Source: Eubacteriales bacterium (GTDB taxonomy: Bacteria > Bacillota > Clostridia > Oscillospirales > QAKW01). Taken from it: DNA of 64,000 nt. Where the stretch lies: NCBI GenBank assembly GCA_045636365.1, contig JAZTXG010000013.1, positions 212,066 through 276,065 of the forward strand. Reading direction: 5' to 3'. Shown here in pieces: positions 1 to 8,721 of this stretch. How positions within the stretch are numbered: position 1 is the first letter of the stretch; every line of letters starts with the position of its first letter. The translations under genes and the position numbers were made by a program. The notes beneath the pieces are model-generated. The model was not told where the DNA came from. It did no database searches and saw only the letters and a program-made list of their open reading frames with translations.

Positions 1-1
1 G

Positions 2-466
2 CCTGCAGCCATTGGCGCCGGCATTGCAAGTCCGAATAAAACCGTTTATTGCTTTTGCGGTGACGGTGCCTTTCAGATGAATATACAAGAATTACAATGG
101 CTAAAAAACGAAGACTTGGATGTTGTAATCTTTGTGTTCAATAACCACTCTTTAGGGCTTATCACGCAGCAGCAAGATTCCCTGTTTAACGGAAATTACT
201 ACGGCGCCGCTTCTCCCGATTTTTCCTCTCCGAACTTTACTGAAGTGGCTAAGGCATATGGAATTGAGTCCGTTCAAATAAACCAAGTTGAGCAGATTGA
301 TTCTGTACTGCAGCAACGCAAAAAGGGACATCCCTTGTTAGTGGAGTTTGTTTTCACCGAGCCTACCAAGGCATACCCCAAAACCAATTTTGGAAACCCC
401 ATTTATAATCAGGAGCCGGCATTGCCTCAAGACATGCTAAACAGCTTCTTAAACGAGGAGGTTTAA
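2..466 (+). CDS. Thiamine-diphosphate-dependent enzyme, C-terminal fragment (acetolactate-synthase-like superfamily); 5' end outside window
   Basis: Frame open from base 2; CFCGDGAFQMNIQELQWL...VIFVFNNHSLG carries the GDG-X24-NN ThDP/Mg motif of IlvB/ALS-like enzymes. Confidence 0.7.
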   Translation, partial: PAAIGAGIASPNKTVYCFCGDGAFQMNIQELQWLKNEDLDVVIFVFNNHSLGLITQQQDSLFNGNYYGAASPDFSSPNFTEVAKAYGIESVQINQVEQIDSVLQQRKKGHPLLVEFVFTEPTKAYPKTNFGNPIYNQEPALPQDMLNSFLNEEV

Positions 467-468
467 CT

Positions 469-1755
469 ATGAAAAAAGTCATCACATACGGAACCTTTGA
501 TTTATTTCATCAAGGCCACTACAACATTATCAAACGTGCCAAAGATTTAGGCGACTATTTGATTGTGGGTGTCACCGGCGAAAACTACGACGTTGAACGA
601 GGAAAGATTGGGGTTCAAGACAGTCTTCCCCAAAGAATTGAGAACGTCAGAAAAACCGGTCTTGCAGACGAAATTATTGTTGAAGAGTTCCAGGGCCAAA
701 AAATTCAGGACGTCCAAAACTACAATGTGGATGTTTTAGTGGTCGGTTCTGACTGGCGCGGCAAGTTTGATTACCTGAAAGAATATTGCGAAGTAGTATA
801 TTTGGAACGCACCAAGGATATTTCCAGCACCATGCTTCGCCAACAACAACAGCACCTGCAAATCGGTATGATTCTTGACAGTGCCGATGATAAAGGCTTT
901 GTTTTGGAAAGCAAATATGTCAGCGGCATTCATGTGGACCGTGTTTTTAATCCGGATGCCGATATTGCGAATCAAGCTTGCCAAAACTATGAGCTGAGAG
1001 GGGCATACACAAACCTTGATGACTTTTTAGATGGTATCAATACCGTTTATATTCAAGGTGACGGAAAATCCCAACTGCCTTATATCCGCCCCGCATTGGA
1101 GGCGGGCAAGCATGTATTGCTTTCCTTCCCCGCCTTGCTTTCGGAGGATGAGTTCAGATCACTCATGGTTCTGTCTAAAGAGAAAAATGTGATTTTACTC
1201 CCTTGTGTAAAGATGTCATTCATACAGGCGCTTAATCAGATGTTCTGGATGATTGAAAGCGGTTCTATCGGAAAAGTTATGAATATGCATTGCTCCATGT
1301 TTTGCAACATTTCGGATAGTCGGAACATTTCTGAACTAAAGGCCTACGGACTGTATGTTTTCTACAAGCTCTTTAAAAACCAGCCCGCTGATTTTCATCA
1401 GTTTACAAATCCCATCGGTGAAAACGGCTTTTATTTACAGTTTCAAGCAAGAATGGAAAAAGCGGCTGCTACCATGGAAATCAGCAACAGCATCGACCTT
1501 CCGAACAAGCTTGTCATCTGCGGCGATAAGGGTATTATCACATTGCCGGATGAATGGTGGAACACCGGATATTTCGAAATCAAACATTTCGACAATGAAT
1601 ATAAAAAACGTTATTGCTACAATTTCGAAGGTACCGGCATGCGCTATATTCTTCAACGTTTGCTGATTATGTTGCGCGATCATAAAGATCAAAATATGCG
1701 ATTTACAAGTGATGACTTTGTAAACTTCAACAAACTTTATGACCAACTTTTTTAA
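469..1755 (+). CDS. Fusion protein: TagD-like cytidylyltransferase (N-term about 130 aa) + Gfo/Idh/MocA-like oxidoreductase-fold domain
   Basis: N-term MKKVITYGTFDLFHQGHYNII (HxGH) and RTKDISSTMLR (RTxGISTT-like) as in glycerol-3-phosphate cytidylyltransferase; C-term resembles the Gfo/Idh/MocA fold but the dinucleotide loop is degenerate (IGMILDSADDKG); GGAGG RBS 8 nt upstream. Confidence 0.65.
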   Translation: MKKVITYGTFDLFHQGHYNIIKRAKDLGDYLIVGVTGENYDVERGKIGVQDSLPQRIENVRKTGLADEIIVEEFQGQKIQDVQNYNVDVLVVGSDWRGKFDYLKEYCEVVYLERTKDISSTMLRQQQQHLQIGMILDSADDKGFVLESKYVSGIHVDRVFNPDADIANQACQNYELRGAYTNLDDFLDGINTVYIQGDGKSQLPYIRPALEAGKHVLLSFPALLSEDEFRSLMVLSKEKNVILLPCVKMSFIQALNQMFWMIESGSIGKVMNMHCSMFCNISDSRNISELKAYGLYVFYKLFKNQPADFHQFTNPIGENGFYLQFQARMEKAAATMEISNSIDLPNKLVICGDKGIITLPDEWWNTGYFEIKHFDNEYKKRYCYNFEGTGMRYILQRLLIMLRDHKDQNMRFTSDDFVNFNKLYDQLF

Positions 1756-1785
1756 ATAATTTAAATAGAGGGGAAAATATAAAAA

Positions 1786-2724
1786 ATGGAAGCATTTATA
1801 GAACTTAGCCGAATTCAATGTACCCAGGCCATCACCTTTGATATGCTGTGTGAGTTTGATCAGCTTTGCAAAAAGGAAGGCTATGCTTATTCTTTGGCCG
1901 GCGGCACGCTCTTGGGCGCTATTCGTCACAAAGATTTGATTCCTTGGGATGATGACATCGATTTGTTTATGTTGCGCGAGGATTATGAAGACTTTTTAAA
2001 GAAATATGTAGGCAAATCGTTCTCCAATCCCTATTATAAAATCATCAACATTGATAACGGTTTTGAAGGTCAGACCTTCACTCGTATGATTGACACACGT
2101 ACACGTACCACCAGCAAACAGTCATTAACCTTCCGTAATCTGTGGATCGATATCCTCCCTGTGGATGAAGTTCCTGATGATTTGGTTAAGAGAGAATTAT
2201 TTCAAAAAGAAATGTGCAGCTTAAGAAGATGGCGCCTTCTTTTCAATCTCCCCCCTTGGAGCGGAAAGAAACTTTCAATAAAGCTCAAAAAAACACCGAT
2301 TGGTATTATTGCCCGGTGGCTGGGTTTGAATAATAAGGTGTGTCGAAAAATCATTAAAACTGCGCAGAAGTATCGCAATGCAGAAAACGCCCATGAGGTA
2401 GCCGAAATTGTTGCACAAGGCTTTATCAAAGGAACAATGTGCAAAGAAACGTTCGGCAATTCGGTGGAAGTGGAATTAAGAGGAAAGATGTTCCCTGCCA
2501 TGCCCGACTACAACCATTATTTAACCGGGCAGTTTAGCGATTACTTAGAGCTTCCCCCCGAAAGACAAAGAGTGGCTCATAAACTTAACGTTAAAATTGA
2601 TATTACCAAATATGATGGGGCGCTCAAAGAAGAACTTCTGTATTACATTCAAAAGAAGGATATTGAAGAAAAAAATCAAATTGCTTTAGAAGAAAATCGC
2701 GAAAACAGTATCGTTGCCGATTAA
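1786..2724 (+). CDS. LicD-family phosphotransferase (phosphocholine / phospho-alcohol transferase family)
   Basis: LAGGTLLGAIRHKDLIPWDDDIDLFM core typical of LicD nucleotidyltransferase-fold proteins. Confidence 0.75.
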   Translation: MEAFIELSRIQCTQAITFDMLCEFDQLCKKEGYAYSLAGGTLLGAIRHKDLIPWDDDIDLFMLREDYEDFLKKYVGKSFSNPYYKIINIDNGFEGQTFTRMIDTRTRTTSKQSLTFRNLWIDILPVDEVPDDLVKRELFQKEMCSLRRWRLLFNLPPWSGKKLSIKLKKTPIGIIARWLGLNNKVCRKIIKTAQKYRNAENAHEVAEIVAQGFIKGTMCKETFGNSVEVELRGKMFPAMPDYNHYLTGQFSDYLELPPERQRVAHKLNVKIDITKYDGALKEELLYYIQKKDIEEKNQIALEENRENSIVAD

Positions 2725-2726
2725 TC

Positions 2727-2765
2727 CAAAAAAATCCGTTCTCTTTCGAGAACGGATTTTTATTT
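2727..2765. terminator. Bidirectional rho-independent terminator between convergent licD-like and madM genes
   Basis: aaaatccgttctc-tttc-gagaacggatttt hairpin flanked by an A-run and a T-run. Confidence 0.75.
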
Positions 2766-2777
2766 GGGTATTTTGAA

Positions 2778-3551
2778 CTACGGTAAAATGATTTGCACAA
2801 GCATATATAATATGGATGGGCAAAGCAAACAACCCAGTCCGGTATAAAACGTAGCAGTCATAGCACCATAAGGTACTAATTCGGGGTCGGTTGCCGCAAG
2901 GCCTGCAGATACTCCGCTTGTAGTCCCCATCAGGCCACCAAACACCATAGCAGCGCTCGGTGTATTAAGCCCAATCTTCTTCGCAAGCATCGGTGTAAGA
3001 AGCATTACTGCAATAGACTTAAAAACACCTGTTGCGATTGAAATGGCAATAACAGCAGAGCTTGCACCGACTGCTGCGCCCGTAACAGGTCCTACTATAA
3101 AGGTAACAGCACCTGCTGCAATCGTTGTCACGCTGGCAGCATCCCTATAACCGAATGCAAATGCTACCAAAACACCAATAATAAATGTAAGTACAACTCC
3201 TAAGAAAAGAGAAATAACCCCAACTAAGCCACTTTTTTTAATTTCAGACAATTTTGCACCGTGAGCAGTTGATATAATAGTAAAATCACGAAGCGCGGAG
3301 CCACCTAAAACGCCGATACCGGTGAACACGGTAACGTCCGAAAGCCCTTTTGAGCCACCCGCAAATTTTCCTCCTATGTATGCTAAAATAAGACCAAGAA
3401 AAATAGCTATTGCCGATGCATGGATTCTTCCGCGAGTAACTTTGGCAGAAATAAAATTGGAGAACATTGCAATAACTCCAACAACCAGAAATGCCATTAC
3501 AAATCCATTTTCCACAAACAAGTCAACAATAATTTTTAATACTTCTTTCAT
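2778..3551 (-). CDS. madM: Malonate/Na+ symporter subunit MadM family membrane protein
   Basis: 257 aa polytopic; VGPVTGAAVGASS...MVFGGLMGTTSGVSAGLAATDPELVPYGAMTATFYTGLGCLL matches my recollection of MadM; translationally coupled to madL. Confidence 0.7.
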   Translation of the reverse strand: MKEVLKIIVDLFVENGFVMAFLVVGVIAMFSNFISAKVTRGRIHASAIAIFLGLILAYIGGKFAGGSKGLSDVTVFTGIGVLGGSALRDFTIISTAHGAKLSEIKKSGLVGVISLFLGVVLTFIIGVLVAFAFGYRDAASVTTIAAGAVTFIVGPVTGAAVGASSAVIAISIATGVFKSIAVMLLTPMLAKKIGLNTPSAAMVFGGLMGTTSGVSAGLAATDPELVPYGAMTATFYTGLGCLLCPSILYMLVQIILP

Positions 3552-3934
3552 TTTTTGGCCTCCGTTTCATTGTTTGCGGCTCCCTTTGAGGTGAACTTAT
3601 TAAACAAAGGGATAAGAAACAACATAAACAATACAACACCCAACCCTAAAACTAACGCAATAATGCCTCCGCTCAAGGCACTGACAACATTTTGAGATGC
3701 CGCCATAGCAATTGTAACAGGGATGTACATTTCTTTCCAAAAGCGAATTCCTTTAACATACGTTTCGGGAAAAAGTTTGTTTATCTTGGTCGAATTGGTT
3801 ACGAGCAAAAGTAAAATCATCGCAAAACCAACACCGCCAATATCAGAATTAAGACCCGTTAAAAGCCCTAATACATTTCCCACAAATGAGCCAACAAACA
3901 TACATCCGGCCAACAAAGCCACGCCGTAAATCAT
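3548..3934 (-). CDS. madL: Malonate transporter subunit MadL family membrane protein
   Basis: 128 aa, MIYGVALLAGCMFVGSFVGNVLG...GGVGFAMILLLLV; size and sequence fit MadL; 4-nt overlap with madM. Confidence 0.7.
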   Translation of the reverse strand: MIYGVALLAGCMFVGSFVGNVLGLLTGLNSDIGGVGFAMILLLLVTNSTKINKLFPETYVKGIRFWKEMYIPVTIAMAASQNVVSALSGGIIALVLGLGVVLFMLFLIPLFNKFTSKGAANNETEAKK

Positions 3935-3975
3935 AAAACCTCTCCTTAATTTTTACGCAATTATTTATATGGATA

Positions 3976-4004
3976 ATTATATTTAAATTACATTCAACTG
4001 TCAA
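3976..4004 (-). promoter_or_regulatory. Sigma-70-type promoter for madLM
   Basis: Minus strand reads TTGACA-17 nt-TATAAT (perfect consensus) about 40 nt upstream of the madL ATG. Confidence 0.7.
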
Positions 4005-4023
4005 CATTATTTGGTATTCTTGC

Positions 4024-4064
4024 GAGTATGTAATATTACATACTCCTAGCAGCGATTACATACT
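4024..4064. promoter_or_regulatory. Candidate operator: perfect 22-bp palindrome plus a third half-site
   Basis: gagtatgtaat|attacatactc (4024-4045) is a perfect inverted repeat; attacatact recurs at 4055-4064; located 20-60 bp upstream of the madLM -35. Confidence 0.35.
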
Positions 4065-4081
4065 AATCCTTCGGATTGGAT

Positions 4082-4117
4082 AAAAATAAAGCACTTCCGG
4101 AGAAGTGCTTTATTTTT
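4082..4117 (-). terminator. Rho-independent terminator downstream of tRNA-Thr
   Basis: aaagcacttc-cgga-gaagtgcttt hairpin with U-run on the minus strand. Confidence 0.7.
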
Positions 4118-4193
4118 TGGAGCTGGTGGCGTGACTCGAACACGTGACCTTCTCATTACGAGTGAGATGCACTACCAACTGTGCTACACCAGC
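4118..4193 (-). tRNA. tRNA-Thr (anticodon CGU), CCA encoded
   Basis: Reverse complement folds as a cloverleaf: acceptor GCTGGTG/CACCAGC, D arm GCAC/GTGC, anticodon arm TCTCA-CTCGTAA-TGAGA, T arm ACGTG-TTCGAGT-CACGT, 3' TCCA. Confidence 0.9.
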
Positions 4194-4224
4194 ATATCAT
4201 CCGCTGCGTTCGCAGCGGAATTGA

Positions 4225-4761
4225 TTATTTCATTAAAAAAGCAATTAAATCAGCAGAATATCCTTCTTCTGTTTCGATCAAGGTTGCAGATTCGCGAGCA
4301 AGATTGAAAGTAAAATTCATATTCAAATGAACTCTCTCGTTTGCAGGAAGATCTTCGTCCTGCTCTTCGTCATAATAGAATTTTAAATAGATCTTATCTT
4401 GATTCAGATCGTACCCGCCTTGGTTGCGAAGTTTATAGTCCACCTCGACAACTTCATCAGTAAACTCAGAAGAAGGCTCATAAGAAGGATTGAAGTATTT
4501 CGCCAAGGTTGCGATCAATCGATCGCTTTTCTCGCCAATCGACGAAATCTGAACCATTCCCGAGGGAACAATGAACTGCATCGTTTTAAACATAAAACGT
4601 CTGGTTATCAACGGTATGGAAATTTTAAATCCAACCAGATCTTCCCCATCCCTTGCACCAAGAGTCATAATGCAGGCATCGCCAAGAAGCTCATAATCTA
4701 TGATCGAAAAGAATAATTCACCATCATATTCTTCCATAATGATTGGGGTACACTGCTTCAT
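4225..4761 (-). CDS. Hypothetical acidic protein (178 aa), family not recognised
   Basis: Uninterrupted ORF starting 8 nt after the nrdR stop; no TM segments or motifs I can name. Confidence 0.5.
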   Translation of the reverse strand: MKQCTPIIMEEYDGELFFSIIDYELLGDACIMTLGARDGEDLVGFKISIPLITRRFMFKTMQFIVPSGMVQISSIGEKSDRLIATLAKYFNPSYEPSSEFTDEVVEVDYKLRNQGGYDLNQDKIYLKFYYDEEQDEDLPANERVHLNMNFTFNLARESATLIETEEGYSADLIAFLMK

Positions 4762-4768
4762 AAATGAA

Positions 4769-5224
4769 TTATCCTTTCTTTAATAGCTTCATAACTTCTT
4801 CGTAGAACGAATTGATATCTTTAAACTGGCGGTGAACAGATGCGTATCGAACATAGGAAACTTCGTCCAATACCTTCAGCGATTCCATTACCAATTCTCC
4901 GATATATTGAGTTGTGATTTCCTTTTCCATGGAATTATAAAGGACCGACTCAACATCCGAGACGATCTTCTCCATCTCGGCGACACTAACCGGACGTTTT
5001 TCGCAAGCGCGAAGTAAACCCTTCATAATTTTATCTTTTGAAAATGGTTCGCGTGTTTTGTCTTTTTTAATTACTACCAGGGGGATCGTTTCAATCGCCT
5101 CAAAGGTTGTGAAACGCTTGGCGCAACTGATACATTCACGACGACGGCGGATCTTTTCTTCATCGTCGGTGGGACGAGAGTCGATGACCTTACTATCGGG
5201 TTTGCCGCAAAACGGACATTTCAT
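4769..5224 (-). CDS. nrdR: Transcriptional repressor NrdR
   Basis: [42 protein letters not shown] zinc ribbon + ATP-cone; start moved to MKCPFC (RBS aaaggtgg upstream) rather than the ORF-track M at 5251. Confidence 0.9.
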   Translation of the reverse strand: MKCPFCGKPDSKVIDSRPTDDEEKIRRRRECISCAKRFTTFEAIETIPLVVIKKDKTREPFSKDKIMKGLLRACEKRPVSVAEMEKIVSDVESVLYNSMEKEITTQYIGELVMESLKVLDEVSYVRYASVHRQFKDINSFYEEVMKLLKKG

Positions 5225-5261
5225 CGAGGAAAACCACCTTTCTTTTAACACATTGAAATAA

Positions 5262-5290
5262 ATTATAAACTATAATCCATTATTTTGCAA
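5262..5290 (-). promoter_or_regulatory. Sigma-70-type promoter for nrdR
   Basis: Minus strand TTGCAA-17 nt-TATAAT, overlapping the 3' end of the upstream gene. Confidence 0.55.
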
Positions 5291-6065
5291 GAGAAAATTT
5301 AGATTCCAAATGATCCAACGAGCGCTTGATTTCGGTATTATTTTGAAAGTTATGCCGATATACCTCGATCAACGCCGGCCCGCTATAATGGTTCGCACTT
5401 AATATCTTCCGAATCCGGCTGTAATCCACAGTCCCTTCTCCGGGCAACAAACAAATGTGATCGTCATCACGATCATTAACATGAAAATTGACGATTGCGT
5501 TCCCCATCGCTTCCGCGACGTCATAGGCATCCTGCCCGCCTTTGAATGCTTGCTTGATATCCAAGGTAAACCTTGCCTCGGGAACCCTTTGCTTCAATCT
5601 TGCGATAAATTCAGGGTGGTTAACGCTATTATAAAACACATTTTCCAACGCATATATCACACCTGTTTTTTGTTGCAAGCGCATTAAGGGTGCAACACAT
5701 TTCACATAGTGATCCATATCATTTAACCCAACACCACGATCACCGTGAATATTAATAACTGATGCTCCGAGAATCTTTGCCGCATCTGCATATCTCTCGT
5801 ATAACCGCTCGGAATCCGCGATTCTGCGCGGATACGGAGCAAAAAACATATAGTTTTCTAAAAAACTTGTAAACGGATGAATGGAATGAACTCTAATATT
5901 ATGGCGATCGCATATCTCGCGCAAAGAATGGAGATACGAATCCTCCAGCTCACTTATGGTGTTTAAAAAAACCTCGCAAACCCGAACATTTAATCCCGCA
6001 ACTTCCGGCACCGCATTTTCAGGCTCTAAAGGATAAAAGCAAGCCAACGACATTCCGATGTCCAT
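5280..6065 (-). CDS. Sugar phosphate isomerase/epimerase (xylose-isomerase-like TIM barrel, AP endonuclease 2 family)
   Basis: Family-typical pattern ...VINIHGD...ALENV...NFHVNDRDD...LPGEGTVDY; start set at the second ATG (7 nt after GGAGA). Confidence 0.65.
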   Translation of the reverse strand: MDIGMSLACFYPLEPENAVPEVAGLNVRVCEVFLNTISELEDSYLHSLREICDRHNIRVHSIHPFTSFLENYMFFAPYPRRIADSERLYERYADAAKILGASVINIHGDRGVGLNDMDHYVKCVAPLMRLQQKTGVIYALENVFYNSVNHPEFIARLKQRVPEARFTLDIKQAFKGGQDAYDVAEAMGNAIVNFHVNDRDDDHICLLPGEGTVDYSRIRKILSANHYSGPALIEVYRHNFQNNTEIKRSLDHLESKFSLAK

Positions 6066-6081
6066 TATCATTCTCCTTTAA

Positions 6082-7380
6082 TCAGCAGACAGAAGCCCCG
6101 CGATCTGCCAAAATCTTTTCAATGCTAGCAATCCGTACGCAAACAGTAAAGCGTTCCATTGCAACAATCAACTCTTCGATGGGCGGATAAGAGGGCGCCA
6201 AGCGAATATTCGAATCCTCGGGGTCATTCCCATATGGGAATGTAGCGCCAACCTTGGTGAGCGAAACACCGGCTTCATCGCAGAGAAGATAAATGCGGTT
6301 GGCGCACCCGGGCATCGCATCAAAGCTTACAAAATAACCTCCGCGAGGCTTACTCCATTCGGCAATTCCCGTTCCTGCCAGATCGCGGTCTAAAATTTCT
6401 AAAACCGCTTCAAATTTGGGGCGCAAAAGTTCAGCATGCTTACGCATTTGCTCCAAAAGCGCTGCCTTATTCGGAAACATTCGCACATGGCGCAGTTGAT
6501 TTAATTTATCCGGTCCGATTGTTTGAACACCGATCTGCTTTTTCATATGCTCAATATTCGCCTTGCTGGACGCAATCATTGCAACACCGCTGCCCGGATA
6601 AGTGATTTTAGATGTCGAACTGAAAATATACACCATATTGGGTCTGCCCGCTTTTTCACATTCGTCTAAAATGTTCAAAAGTTCAGGGCTTTCATCGTAT
6701 AGATCGTGGACCACATAAGCGTTGTCCCAGAAAATTCTGAAATCAGCCGCCTTGGGCTTCAAATTAGCAAAACGACGAACAACATCATCAGAAAACACAA
6801 CGCCGGTTGGGTTCGAGTATTTCGGCACACACCAAATCCCTTTGATTGCCGCATCTTCTGCCACCAATGCTTCAATTGCATCCATATCGGGGCCATCGTT
6901 TTTCATAGCAACCGGAATCATTTGAATGTTAAACTGCTGGCAAATTGCAAAGTGACGGTCATAACCGGGCGCAGGGCATATAAATTTCACTTTAGGCTCT
7001 TGGCTCCAAGGGCGCTCGCTATCAAGGTTCCCAAAGCAAAAAGCTCTGCAAAATGTATCAAACATCAAATTAAGGCTGGAGTTTCCGCCCAAAATAACCT
7101 GATCCGGATGCACTCCGATCATCGATGCAAATAAAGCTTTCGCCTCGGGAATACCATCAAGTAATCCATAGTTTCTGCAATCCAACCCCGACGCATCAAA
7201 ACAATCTTCGTTGGATGAAATAATTCCAAGCATTTTCTCGCTCAGTTCAAGCTGATCTGCGCTGGGCTTTCCGCGCGTCATATCCAAGCGAATAATATCG
7301 GCCATATAACGCGCATATTGTTTGCGCAGCCCTTCGAGTTCCGCCAGTAATTCTTCGTTTGTAGCTTTAATGTAATTCAT
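6082..7380 (-). CDS. PLP-dependent aminotransferase, class I/II fold
   Basis: 432 aa; SSTSKITYPGSGVA lysine region and overall fold-type I pattern. Confidence 0.7.
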   Translation of the reverse strand: MNYIKATNEELLAELEGLRKQYARYMADIIRLDMTRGKPSADQLELSEKMLGIISSNEDCFDASGLDCRNYGLLDGIPEAKALFASMIGVHPDQVILGGNSSLNLMFDTFCRAFCFGNLDSERPWSQEPKVKFICPAPGYDRHFAICQQFNIQMIPVAMKNDGPDMDAIEALVAEDAAIKGIWCVPKYSNPTGVVFSDDVVRRFANLKPKAADFRIFWDNAYVVHDLYDESPELLNILDECEKAGRPNMVYIFSSTSKITYPGSGVAMIASSKANIEHMKKQIGVQTIGPDKLNQLRHVRMFPNKAALLEQMRKHAELLRPKFEAVLEILDRDLAGTGIAEWSKPRGGYFVSFDAMPGCANRIYLLCDEAGVSLTKVGATFPYGNDPEDSNIRLAPSYPPIEELIVAMERFTVCVRIASIEKILADRGASVC

Positions 7381-7410
7381 TCTTTATCCCTCATTTTAAA
7401 ATTAAAAATC

Positions 7411-7450
7411 GACAAAGGAAACCGACCTTAACATTTATTGAAAAGGTCGG
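7411..7450 (-). terminator. Rho-independent terminator after cdaR
   Basis: ccgacctt...aaggtcgg stem followed on the minus strand by tttcctttg. Confidence 0.6.
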
Positions 7451-7458
7451 AACCATTT

Positions 7459-8721
7459 TTAAGATACCACGGTTAATTGATACTTTCCAACTGCGCCAAC
7501 TTTGAGATCTTTCGGAAAAACAACCACCGCATTCATGCGCTTTGTTCCCTTTGCGGCATCTGCTTGCGCATAGTCGACAACCAGCGATATGTCCTTAGCG
7601 TTCAACTTGCCAATATCTTCAGCAATGCCTCGGACTTTGATGCTAAGTTTCTTCTCTGATACTTTTGCTTTTATTCCTTTGGGAACATTTTGCAAATTAA
7701 TATTCCCCACCTCAAAAGTGCGGGTTTGAACGTCGTTAAATTGGATGGAAACCTTAGCATCCTCGATGCCGTCCACATTTTTAACCCCATTGGGTAAGAC
7801 AACCGCCATCGATGTTTCAAAATCATCATTCTTTTCAGCGACATCAATCGTCCCTAAAGAAATCGCATTATAGGAATCCAATGTTTCGGCACTGCCTGAA
7901 ATTTTAATTTCTTTAGGCAGAACAACGGCTGTACAGAACGAACTGTCTGACCCACCGCTGCTGTTGATAATTTCAACAGTGAGCGGAACGACCTTTTCTT
8001 TCACCACCGGCACTGTAATATCCAGGGTTTTCATATTATCATCAATAAGCAAAAAGGTTTTTTCAACGATTGCGCCATTTTTATCTACAAAGACATAGTC
8101 GCATTTAAAGTTCCCGGTCTGAACAAAGCTATCCTGCTTGATCTCAACTTCGGCCGAAACGATGGTATCAACAATCGAAGTCGGTCCTGTCACAACAATA
8201 TAATTGTTGAGCATAATCGGATCTTCTCGAATCAAGCCTTCCGGTACTTTACCCTCAACCTTGACATTAACTTTGACATTCGAAACCTTATTGGTATCAA
8301 ACCGAACTTTCACCGTATCGATCGACTGCTCAACTTTGGTCAGATTCTGATTACCAAGATCAATCAAGACTGGCAGATCATATTCTCCGCTTTGCGTAAC
8401 ATTGCTCAAATCCAATGTGGCAGTAATTTTCTGGCGATTCATCAAAGCAATGGTATCCCGCGACCCGCTGACACAAACATCCACCTTTTGATCGACCACT
8501 GTCATTATACCAAGGTTCTCTTTTTGAGGAACCGACCCTTCGTAATTAACGCTGATGTTAATATCCGAGGCCCACGTGGTGGTATCGGGATCGAAATATT
8601 CGCAAATAAAGAACCACAAGACAACAGCCAAAAGAACAGACAGTAATTTAATCTGCCAATTATTTCTGAATAAATTGATCAAGCTAAATTCTTTGAAAAA
8701 CTCTTTGATCTTCATCATCAT
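7459..8721 (-). CDS. cdaR: CdaR (YbbR-domain) regulator of diadenylate cyclase
   Basis: N-terminal TM then repeated YbbR-like beta domains; 4-nt overlap with cdaA as in Firmicute cdaA-cdaR operons. Confidence 0.75.
   Translation of the reverse strand: MMMKIKEFFKEFSLINLFRNNWQIKLLSVLLAVVLWFFICEYFDPDTTTWASDINISVNYEGSVPQKENLGIMTVVDQKVDVCVSGSRDTIALMNRQKITATLDLSNVTQSGEYDLPVLIDLGNQNLTKVEQSIDTVKVRFDTNKVSNVKVNVKVEGKVPEGLIREDPIMLNNYIVVTGPTSIVDTIVSAEVEIKQDSFVQTGNFKCDYVFVDKNGAIVEKTFLLIDDNMKTLDITVPVVKEKVVPLTVEIINSSGGSDSSFCTAVVLPKEIKISGSAETLDSYNAISLGTIDVAEKNDDFETSMAVVLPNGVKNVDGIEDAKVSIQFNDVQTRTFEVGNINLQNVPKGIKAKVSEKKLSIKVRGIAEDIGKLNAKDISLVVDYAQADAAKGTKRMNAVVVFPKDLKVGAVGKYQLTVVS

Noticed and set aside
4201-4218. 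GC-rich hairpin ccgctgcg-tt-cgcagcgg between the hypothetical gene and tRNA-Thr, considered as a terminator
   Set aside because: No U-run follows it on the transcribed (minus) strand. It is more likely a processing or stability element, or incidental.
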